Source of the DNA: Zygophlyctis sp. KS116
Lineage: Eukaryota > Fungi > Chytridiomycota
Direction: 5' to 3'
Assembly: GCA_054661495.1 (NCBI GenBank)
Contig: BAAFSQ010000103.1
Span: 1-31,497 of the forward strand
DNA: 31,497 bases
Shown: piece by piece, positions 21,405 through 31,497 of the stretch
Position numbering within the stretch: the stretch's first letter is position 1
Layout of the letters: every line of letters begins with the position of its first letter
Made by a program: the position numbers and the translations under genes
Notes under the pieces: model-generated
The model's database searches: none
What the model was told of the DNA's origin: nothing
Seen by the model: only the letters and a program-made list of their open reading frames with translations

Positions 21405-22342
21405 ATGTCTGACTTGACACCGTCGCAGTTGTTACAAATCTCAACTTTACTACAACAGCCATCCTCTGGATCTGCATCATCTGGCTCAGAATCACTTCCT
21501 GCAGAATCTGATTCAGCCCCAGCTACAGTCGCATCAGCGGCCACAGTCGGATCAGTAATTTTCTAAATTAGTAATTTTAGATTGATAAGAAATGGCTTAA
21601 TATTCTGTTGGGAAAACCGGATGCTGTCAGAATGCAGGAATTGGTTGATCTGGTAAAATCAAGCTCCAGTATAGATGATCGTACAAGAGCATTGGAAGCA
21701 TTGGAAGAAATGGTTGAAAGTCTGGATAATGCAAATGATTTAGAGCCGCTGGGATTGTGGGAGCCATTGATTTTGTTTCTGGGAGATCATGAATCCAAGA
21801 TCAGATTTCATACTGCATGGGTCCTGGGAACAGCTATTCAAAATAATGAGAAATCACAGCAAAGTTTTTTTAAACATGATGGGATAAATGCTATTTCACG
21901 ATTATTAAGTGATTCAGATGTAAATGTGATCTCTAAAAGTTTATATTGTATTTCAGGGCTTATAAATCATTATCCAGATGCATTAACTAAATTTATAGAT
22001 TTTAACGGATTTAAGAAACTGGCTTCTGTTTTGGCAATGGGTGATTTAAATTGCTGCAGAAAAGTTTTGTTTATGATGTCAAGCTTACTTTCAAATGATA
22101 ATCCATTAATGACTCATAAGGCAGCTTTAGATTCAAACTTGGGAGGAATGATTGTCACGCTTTTGGAGTCTCCGGATTTGGATATTATTGAAAAGGCTTT
22201 AGTTGTGCTTGAAATTTGGGAGTCTACTTATCCGGGAACAATTAAAGAGTTTTTTGTTACAGACTCTAATGACTTTGTAACAATAAAGGGTGATCAAGAG
22301 TTGTATCAAAGATTTCTAAAATTAAAGTCAAATCTAATATAA
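21405..22342 (+). CDS. FES1: Hsp70 nucleotide exchange factor Fes1/HspBP1 (2 exons)
   Basis: Exon 1 (21405-21554, [14 protein letters not shown]..) plus a 26-nt intron (21555-21580) gives [47 protein letters not shown] and ARM repeats. Confidence 0.88.
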
Positions 22343-22367
22343 AATTATTTTCTAATTAAATTCAAGA

Positions 22368-24078
22368 TTATTTTTTAGGTACTGGGGGTTTAGTGGTATC
22401 GCTTAAAGGGAATTTAATCTGCTCCTTTATTGGAGATACAGATTTTTGATTTTCCCTTTCTGTCACAGTATAAAGACCACTGACTGGTGATGTAGAATTG
22501 GAATTACCAACCAAAAGTGGGTCTGCATACATTCCAGTATCTACAAAAATACTATTAGGCTTTACAGAAATTGAAGTCTTGATACCAAACTCTGGTACTT
22601 CTAGTCCAAGACGAGTATAAAACATTGCACGCCTTAATTTGATTAATTCAATATATAAATCTCTTGGCTTTTTTGAAGAATATAGTCCTTGTCGCAAATG
22701 ACGTATAAAATTATAAAAATTACAGACAACTACGATCCTTTCTCTGCAACAAAGACAAATTGGATACCAAACATCACCAGAAATATCTGTAATTTTGAAT
22801 TGATAACGATATTTTTCCGATGTTTTCCCACAAGCACTACAACCAGGAGATCCATCACCCAAACTAGAGCTCCTGATTGATTTATAAGCTGAAGACAATC
22901 TAGCCAAAACTGATTTTGGAGAATTCGCACTATTTTCAGGAATTGTAGAGGCTTCTTCCTTACCTGGAGAATTATCCAAAACCTGATTATATTTCAACTG
23001 TTCTAAAGGAAGATTTTCATCCCTTTGTTCTAATTCCATTATTTGTGTTGCATTCATTTCTTCCACAAATAAAACATTTGATAGTATTGAATCCACAATT
23101 TTCTTTCCCATTATTTTTGGATTCATTCCAAATCTTAAACAAGGTAAAACATCATCTTCAAGTATATTTGAAAGATATTTTATAGAGTGAATCTTGTTTA
23201 ATTTTGTTTTTGAAGAAACCTGAATAAATTCTGTAAAATAATTTAATTCCTCTTGACTGAAATTTTGTTCTTTACTAGAATCTATAGAATTCCTAGAAAT
23301 TGTAGAAAGTCTTTTAGATTTCAATTTTTGATTTTCCAAAACTACATTTTCCATTCTTAATTTTAATTCTCTCAACTGTCCTAATTTTCTCTTAATCTAT
23401 TTTTAAAATACCTTGTTCCATTTGTAATTGTATTCTTGTTGCATCTAATTCCTTTCTTATCGCACCTTCCTGATCTTGAAATAACTGCCTTGCTCTAGCT
23501 TCCTTTGACACCATTGAATTAGCCTCTTCAAATAATGATCTTGTCAATTCCTCTAATTCTTCTTGCAGTGCATCTTTTGCATGTTGTAATTCTCCTCTTT
23601 TTTCTAATTCATCCACTAATTTCTCCCCAATAATATCTAAATCCCGTTTAACTGATTCAATTTCATTTTCCTTTATCGAAATTTCTCTCGTCAAGTCAAT
23701 TAAATTCTTTTTGTATTCCAATGCTTCTAGTTGAGCATGATCTACTTTTATACTTGCAATATCCAATCTCTCTGCAGTTTTAGATAATTCAACTTTTAAA
23801 TTTCCCACTTCATTAAATAAATTGACAACCGGTAAAGTTCCCTGACATATCCGACAAGATTTTAGATTCTCAGGATCTATTACTTGAAAGCATGGGCAGT
23901 TTGCACTCCGTTTGACTGAATTTCCAATTGTCCATTCATGCGTCAGTAAAATAGAAGGTTCTCTGCTCTTTTCTTCAGGCGTTGCTTCAGAACTAAGAAA
24001 CTGAAAGAACTTGAATGGGTCATAGCCAGTCCCAGAAGGAGCGGGAGGCTCAGAGGAAGATCTAGTCTTTTTTGACAT
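22368..24078 (-). CDS. SEC2: Rab guanine nucleotide exchange factor Sec2/Rabin8-like (2 exons)
   Basis: Coiled coil with ELEELTRSLFEEANSMV; C-terminal EDDVLPCLRF, CSACG..ICLCCRERIVVVCNFYNFIRHLRQGL; 31-nt intron at 23381-23411. Confidence 0.9.
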
Positions 24079-24111
24079 TTTTATGAATTTTTGTATTTTT
24101 CTCTATTTCGC

Positions 24112-24146
24112 TATAAACTATAAAATATAAACTATAAAATATAAAA
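24112..24146. repeat. Short tandem TATAAACTATAAAA repeat in divergent intergenic region
   Basis: 14-bp unit twice plus TATAAAA; TATA-like. Confidence 0.5.
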
Positions 24147-24236
24147 TACTTTAATATTTTGTTTATTAATATTAATAGCAATAGCCATAATCCCGCTAGC
24201 TTTCCTTAAACTGCAAGATCAGCGGTGCGCAGTTCA

Positions 24237-25233
24237 ATGCAAAATCTAAAGAATTGTAATCACAAGTATTAAAGTGATAGCAGTATTTCTGGAAAAAGGT
24301 CACTTATCATTCTTTTATAGGCCAAAAGTACAATTTGAAAAGGCACAGTCTCCAGATGATGTCCAAAGATTTTTTCTACTTTTAAAGCCAAATAGCTCAA
24401 ATGATTCAAAAATTGAGAATAGTAGACTGATTGTCATTGGTAAAAAGCATTTGCCAGATATAACTAGACACGAAAAGGTATTCTAGTTTAATCATTTGAT
24501 GGTAGTTGTATGCGTTTGTTTACAAGACTGGAGAGTATAGTAGCCTTTTGAAGAATTTAGAGGCTGAAGAATATGATACAGTGACAAGAGGGCATAGGCA
24601 GTTACAAGAAGCAAGGCCTTGTGGTTATGGGGTCTATGGAATAGTTCAAAAGGAAAATAAAACTTACCTGGCCTATGTTTTAGAAATTCCAGAAACTCCA
24701 GGTAATTCTACTAGTCATAACATTAGATAAAGTCCAGATTTCTTTGAATATTGAAAAACAAGGTTCGTATCTACTGACTATAAAAGTAAGCCTTTATTCT
24801 GATGTGATAGAATCCAGAGCCGGTGGCTGATCCAGAGACTGCAGGGAGAGTTTGGAAAGGTCTAAATCCATCCATGAAGGCGCAATACGACAAAGAGCTT
24901 CAAGAAAAATTTCATGGGAGACGGTAATTGGTCTCTTTTATAATTAGATTCATTCCCGCAATCCCGGTTTCATATTTGGATTATCAAGGTTTTATATACT
25001 TGCTGAAACTGTAGGCTGCGAAATCCTATTGATTGGTATGACTGATAAGCTGGTAGAAAAACTAGAAGCGGTCGGACAAGGTGGTTTTTGGCTATTTATC
25101 CGTAGAACTCCAAGAATGGGAATTAAAGGAAGCTGAAAAATATTCTGAACTGAATGATGATGATGCTTTTAAAGAACTTCAACTTGACAAAAAGAAATTC
25201 AAGTCAGAGGCTCTACTTGGTCGTTGGATTTAG
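24237..25233 (+). CDS. Conserved hypothetical protein (272 aa, 8 exons)
   Basis: Introns 24256-24280, 24478-24505, 24702-24726, 24786-24810, 24924-24947, 24989-25014 and 25081-25105 yield one frame: LEKGHLSFFYRPKV..DDVQRF..RLIVIGKKHLP..YDTVTRG..ARPCGYGVY..YLAYVLEIP..GSYLLTIKNP..LDYQGCEILLIG..LLGRWI*. Confidence 0.82.
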
Positions 25234-28200
25234 AACTTTCTTGTGTTTTAAGAAAGACTGGTAATCCATAGACTACATTCGCTGCCCCTACTAGATATTT
25301 TAGAAAACATGCAGCTCTTGAACTTGCTACGGCTTCTGATATTGATTTTGAATTCTTTCCGCTGTCCAATAGTCCCCAATGACCCAGCATATCCTTACTA
25401 AACCTATCTAGGTCCCTATCAGTAACATCCCATAATGATGCAACAACTGCAGGGCTTCCTGCTTGTAAATAACTAACAGCAGTTCCCCATGAATCGAAAT
25501 TGCCTGCATCATGAATTTTTCCGCTACTACAACCCATCAAAAAAGCAGCTGCACAATTTGAGATCTTGGGGATTTTATGGATTGAAATATACTGTTCTCC
25601 ACCACCATGACCAAAATACATGAAAATATCCTGTTTTTCCAATTCTTCCAACAAAACTGACTCTGAAGGAGCCTGGCTTTTCCATCCTATCCATGTTTCA
25701 TTTCTAGAATTTCAAAAAAATTAAAATCATACTTTTCAAAAGGGCCTTCAAACAATTCTTGAGTATGTATCAAGTCTTTGGCTGGGTTAAGTAGGTAAAT
25801 CACCTTCTTCTGATCTAAAAATAATTTTTTACTACTTTTCAAATGCTCCAGTAGAAATGGGAGAGATGGAATCCTTGAAACAGATTTCTGGCTTAAGAAT
25901 GGCATGCTCTCCCATGGGAATCTTTCTAAAGGTTTATCCAGAATCATAATTAAATGCGGATTACCAGAGCTGCTCTTGTCTCGGGCAGCTTTTCTAAGGG
26001 CTGATTCTAGCTTGAAAGTGATCTGTAAAATTAATTTAATGATGTTTAATATTACAGAGTCAATGTTCATCTCGTCTAAAGCCATTTGAACCCCGTAATT
26101 CTGATAGCAATCAACCAAAAAGTACAAAACATCCTCTAAATCTTCATTTGTAATTTCATTCTCAGTTAATTCTAAAATAATTTCCACTATTTTGGGATGG
26201 ATTATGTCTGAAGTACTGTATACAATTTTGTTACTTCTTGAGACACAGCAATCTATTATTTTTCCAATCTCCTCCCGCAACTGATTCATTTTCTTTTGCT
26301 CTAGCCTGCATTCTTTCTCAGGAAAAGTTAGAACTCCCTTAAAACCGCCAAAAATCAACTTCTCCATATTTTCGAGCAGAGCTTTGATTCGATCATCGAG
26401 ATATTTTCTTCTACCCCACCATTCAGCCTTCCCTTCGCTATTTGTAGAGATATCATTAGTGGTAGTGCTCCTATTTTGTTCCATTATATCATTCCATTCA
26501 CCGAAAAACGACTGAAAATCTAATGATGGCTTGTCTCCATCCCTAGAATATTGTCGATTTGTTGGTAAGCGTAAAGTAAATGATCCGCAGTGTTTTGAAT
26601 GTCTATTAACATAAATTTCTTGGAGATCGGTATTAAATTGTAAGGAGCACACAATATAATCTGATGGAAGCTGTGAGAGATCAATCTTTTCAAAATCCAA
26701 ATCGCGAGGTGAAAACCAGTGTTTATGCTTTATGTTAAAACTTGTAGAAAGTTCTGCAAAAAGTTAAATGTGTAAATACTTACCAGAATTTGCGATCAAA
26801 GATTGAGTCATTTCTTGAATTTCATTGCCGACTACACACTTGAAAAAAGAGCGTAGAAATAATAATTGTTGTAAATTTCGAATTGATTCAATTATAAAGC
26901 CATTCGGACCATTTTTAAGAGCTAATTCGAAATATTTCTGGGACAATGATTGGCAGACGTCGAACCGCTTTTGAATTGATGCATTTGTTTTTATTGGCTT
27001 CAGGCTTTGTGTATATCCATATGGTAACAGTATAACTATAACTTTTAGCTAAGAATCTTTACCTGACTCCTGAAAGAAATTACTTTGACGTGAGCCAGCA
27101 AGAGACGTAATTAATTCATGAAGTCTTAAATTAGCGATAGACCCACACAGCTCGACTTGTCTTTTAGCATCCAGGAATTTGTAGTCTTTTGCAAGATCCA
27201 ATCTTTCTCTGAATCTTTTCAATTCGTTCGATTTTTGAAAAATGCGACCTTATTATATAAACTAATAATTATGTACCTTGGTTAATCAAATTCGAAACAG
27301 AAACATTATCAAATGGAATGCATCCTATTTTGGGTTTTCTATCACAACTAGGTCGCACTGATGATTTTTTTGGATATAAGCGTTTTGATTTTAGAAACTG
27401 CAGACTTACAATTAATATTAAAATTATTACAGATCGGTCCAGATAAAATCAATTATATTTCGGCAGCTATCATATTGATATTTCGATAATATTTCATTTG
27501 AGCTTTCGAACAATCTTAGCGATTCTTCTGAATTATTTTTTTGGTTGGATACTTCTGCCTTTAACACAAAAAATAGAGCTTCGTCAATTAAAGCCTATCA
27601 ATGAGTTTTCCAAATATTACCAGGTTGTCCCATTCCCGACTATTAGACAATCGATTATCGCATTTTTCGAGCTGAATAGATTGGCATTCGATGTTAGCAA
27701 GCGACAACTCAAACCTGCCTTCAAACGCTTTTGAATGGAACGTTTGGGCAGCAGCCAAACCTTCGGAATAGAAAAATATGGATTCATGTAGCGATCCCTT
27801 TCTTGCAGATATTTCGGCCAAAAATGCGTAGCATCGCAAAAGAGTCTTTAAGCGTGAATTAAAATTAAAATTACGATATAATAATCCCAGAGCTGTATTT
27901 GATTCATTTTATGACTTCGTCTCTTGCATTCTCTAGTCATCAAAAACCAAGACTCGGCAGTTTCTAATGCTGATTGAATATCACCACATTCAAGAGAGAT
28001 AAGACATTTGGATTCAAGAAGCTTCATATAAAAGAACACAGATTCTGAAAGATCCTGAGTTTCTACTTCAAGAGCCGCCCCATTACTTATTATATCAACT
28101 CTAAATTTTTAGGACGCCGCATCAAGCTTACGCTTTTTCCGTAGAGCAGATTTGAACCAAATACATCGAATACGCACCTAATATATCAACGTTTGTGAAT

Positions 28201-30807
28201 TTAGTGCCATTTATATGTTTTAGAATTTCAAATAGGCTTGTTGCAGAATCAGTATATCCCAGCCTGAGGAAGCAGAATGCAATCTTGATCAGTACATCAA
28301 TAAGTTCTAGTGTAAATTCATGATTGAATACCTTTTGTAGTGCAATTTGAGGCTTCCATACCCATATACAATTTCAACAACGATTTAGAAATTGAAATGA
28401 TTTCAACTGGCTTATCTAATAGGTTAAAGAAAACTAATGCATGTTTTAGAAGCTCAGCCAGAGATTGTTTTTCATTTCCTTGGGATTGGTCAGTGACTTC
28501 ATCTATTCGTTCAAGTAGTGAAATGAAAACAATTAGTGGTTTTTGAAAATCCATATCCATTTCATGTAAACAAACTAATTGATAAAATACACTTTCGAAA
28601 AGTGTAGGAAGTCCGTTCTGAGCGTCGCTGAGCTGAGAAAAATACTGCAGTGCCTTTTCAAAATTTCCAGTATCACGACAGCAGTGTCCCAGCATTAAGT
28701 TTATTCTAAAAGCTTTAAGAAAAAAATACCTACCGAACTTTCACGTCACATTGAAATGTGAGAGATTTCATACGCTCCAAAATAGGCAATTGAATTTTGG
28801 ACGTATTAACTGAATCATGCATTGCAATTAGTGTGTTTAATTCGTAATCTAATATACAATAAAGTTTTTCATCAGTTAAAGAGCCGCTAGAAATTAATTC
28901 TAAAATAGGTGCATATTTTTCACAGTCATTAGCTAAGACAGCCTTGACATATCTCTGGATAGTTTTTAAAAGCACAGAGTTGGAAGAATCCCCTGAAAAA
29001 TTGACCCATTCCCCCATAGGCACAGATTGAATTACTTGTTTCCATTTTCTTATGCCGTCAGTTTTGTTAGACAATGAAAGATATATTGATGCTATCAAAT
29101 CCTGTTTCTTGACCAATTGTATCCAACCATCAGACTTGTGATCGTGGGTTTTTAAGAAATCCTTGTAAACACTTTCAGAAGATTCTGCGAATCCTAATGC
29201 AATTTGAGGATATCCTTTATAAAGAAGTCCGGCAACATTATAAAGAGTGGACGAAATATGCACTAGAGATTCAGTATTACTTGAAATGATCAGCAAATTC
29301 TTGCAAAATTCAAGCAGTCGGTAGCAAGGTTCGTGAAACTCTTGATTATTTGCGATCGTCTTGACTACAAAATGACAGTATGATTCTGCTAAGGTTAGAA
29401 TAAACTGATTTTGAGCTGATTTTTTTATATCCTGGTTCAATTGCGTCGAAAATTGTTCAACTATTTCTGTCAATATTCCAAGCAAAAGACTCGAAATTTC
29501 CTTGGTTTCATTGCTCATCTTTGCCACCATTACCAGTGGTTTAATACCAAATCTACAATCCTGCAGCGACCACGAAACCTTTTCTCTTTTCAAATCATCC
29601 AATACATCTTCAAGACTAGAGAGTAGCGTTTTTTCCTCTATTTTTAAACTAAATTGCATACCATCAACTCCCAAAATCTCTTGTAACCCAATAAACACAT
29701 CTTTAATTGTTTTTAAAGACACCGAAACTCGAGACAATTCCTTTAAACAATTTTTACCATAATTATAATCCTTTTTGGATTTCAACTATTTTTTAACCCT
29801 GATATTTATTTACCTCTTTTGCTAAATCTACATAGTCTTGAACCCAATTTAAGTGGCTAGAAGAAACCTTTTCAGGCTTTGAAATTTGTAAATAACCCAA
29901 CAAATCCCTATAATATACTATTAATTCGTTTAAATCTGATTGAGGATGCCTCCTAAAACTTGCTGCTATTTTTAGTATTTGATCATGTAAATAATCCCCT
30001 CTAATTTCATCTAAAAAATGTATAGATAATTTTCTAACATGCAAAAGACTTTTAGAATCTTTTTTAAATTAGAAAGTGCGTATACCTGTTAAATTCCCTC
30101 CTTTTAATAATATTCTATGCAAAAACTCGCAATGCTTCTTTTTCCTTTGATCATCTAAACTTGATAATGTCTCCAAAATCCCTCCTGATTGCATCAATAG
30201 TTCTTCAAGCTTCTAATATTTTAATAAGCACAAATACTTTATAATCTATTTTTCCTCCGGCAAGAATCCAAATCCTAATAATATTTGTCCAGACAGTGAC
30301 TATAAGTGAATTCTTTTCTATAGTTTTTTGTTTTTTGAATGATATAGACATCAAGTTTTGTGCTTTTAATTGAATTGAATTTGGACATCCCTTCCCTTTA
30401 CTTAAATTCAAGTTCTTCTGGGTCGTTTTCCTTAGACTTACTGTAAGCCGTGATATAATAAATTCTAAAATATCCAGAGCTATCATATACTCTTTTTTTT
30501 CTAAAAATCTGTTTGCTAGATTACTAAACAGCTTTTCTAAATCATATAATTTTAGATTCAACAAATGTTCCTTTTGTAGCGCAGTAGATATTATTCTGTT
30601 TAGCAGAGATAATAACAATTCAATTCTAGATTCTGTCCATTCAGTACAAGATAATGTATCTTTAATAATTATATTTAGAGCTTTTAGTCCGTAGAGAGCT
30701 CCTTTTCCACCATTCCCCTCTTTTGTATCAAGGAGTTTAAAGACTTTGACCAGGAAAGGCCGTTCAATACTTTGGAAATCCTTTAATTCTTCCATTAAGA
30801 GTTCCAT
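25199..30807 (-). CDS. ESP1: Separase (peptidase C50), 15 exons
   Basis: Catalytic YFGHGGG and LMGCSSG, WWGRR..LD, FPWESMP..VSRIPS, LNPAKDL and LWDVTDRDLDRF motifs. Introns at 30213-30237, 30059-30085, 29786-29813, 28706-28733, 28307-28331, 28101-28131, 27846-27874, 27595-27620, 27405-27430, 27249-27276, 27036-27062, 26754-26783, 26023-26055 and 25704-25732 link all ORF pieces in frame. Confidence 0.92.
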
Positions 30808-30921
30808 GTGCGGAGATTGTTTTCAAATTTCAAGCTACGGTTCCTTGAGATAAATCGGACAAAATTAAAAACTCAAGCCTCAGTCACAAGAATGCAATAC
30901 TTAAAATTGTTACAAAGACTC

Positions 30922-31497
30922 TTAAATGCAACCTCCTGGTATAAGTAATGGAAGTATGTCTCCAGTAATATCAGATGATCCACAACTACATTTAAAGTAC
31001 ACACCAAAATTAGAACTTTTATCGGCAGAGCACTAGAATAAATTTATATATAACTTACATCAGATTTGCTATCTGAACATTGAGATGCACAGATTTCTTC
31101 CCAAACATTACAGAATCCATTAATCCCAGAAATGGATCCTTCTGAAAGGCATGTGGGGTTTACCTCATTACTCGTACTTGATGTGGTAGAAACAGTAGTT
31201 TTGGAAGTACTGCTAGTGCTAGAGGCTGTGGCACTCGTTGTGCTAGAAGTACTGGTTGAAGTAGATGTCTTGCTGGTACTAGAAGACGTGCTCTTTGAAG
31301 TCGTAGTCGTGCTGGTACTAGTAGTCGTGCTGGTAGTCGTGATAGTAGTTTTACTGGTAGTACTAGAAGTAGTTGAACTAGTAGAAGTTGTACTAGAAGT
31401 AGTTGAACTAGAAGTAGTTGAACTAGTAGAAGTTGTACTAGAAGTAGTTGAACTAGAAGTAGTTGAACTAGTAGAAGTTGTACTAGAAGTAGTTGAA
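30922..31497 (-). CDS. 3' part of a Ser/Thr-rich (mucin-like) protein ending in an 8-Cys domain; 5' end outside window
   Basis: Open minus frame STTSSTTSTS.. then PTCLSEGSISGINGFCNVWEEICASQCSDSKSD|CSADKSSNFGVYFKCSCGSSDITGDILPLLIPGGCI*; 26-nt intron at 31033-31058. Absent from the ORF track. Confidence 0.85.
31365..31497. repeat. Coding minisatellite: 15-bp units in a 45-bp higher-order period
   Basis: A=AGAAGTAGTTGAACT, B=AGTAGAAGTTGTACT, arranged ABA-ABA-ABA up to the window edge. Confidence 0.9.

Noticed and set aside
21377-21544. 56-aa N-terminal extension of ADE13 from a GTG start
   Set aside because: There is no ATG, the region is antisense to FES1 exon 1, and the conserved N-terminus begins at 21376.
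4351-29762. Short antisense or alternate-frame ORFs in the track (e.g. 4351-4578, 5311-5571, 7160-7447, 10101-10319, 13634-13858, 18006-18221, 22689-22880, 29502-29762)
   Set aside because: They are shadows of well-supported genes, mostly with non-ATG starts and no motifs.

Overview
Very compact, AT-rich eukaryotic nuclear DNA read with the standard genetic code. It is probably from an early-diverging fungus (chytrid-like); that is an inference from protein character, not a database result. The ORF track is fragmented because most genes are split by tiny GT-AG introns. I reconstructed 44 introns by hand: 43 are 23-33 nt and one is 232 nt. In order, the window holds a 5'-truncated tRNA-Ser(AGA), a MAPEG/MGST3-like gene, ribosomal protein eL42 (missed by the ORF track), CAB2/PPCS, EMW1/TTC27, the SLH1/ASCC3 helicase, OCT1/MIP peptidase, a CUE-AlkB-GRF dioxygenase, four tandem mosaic genes for single-pass PY-motif proteins, an orphan ORF, ADE13, FES1, SEC2, an 8-exon conserved hypothetical gene, separase, and the 3' end of a Ser/Thr-rich protein ending in an 8-Cys domain. 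Five things stand out. (1) The single long intron carries a candidate box H/ACA snoRNA whose 3' pocket fits LSU helix 69 and whose 5' hairpin carries an 18S-complementary strand. (2) Divergent start codons lie only 24-53 bp apart, and two convergent CDSs overlap. (3) The PY-adaptor gene array appears to be recombining. (4) Decayed direct repeats with a CpG-decay pattern flank OCT1. (5) A CUE-AlkB fusion sits close to ASCC3.
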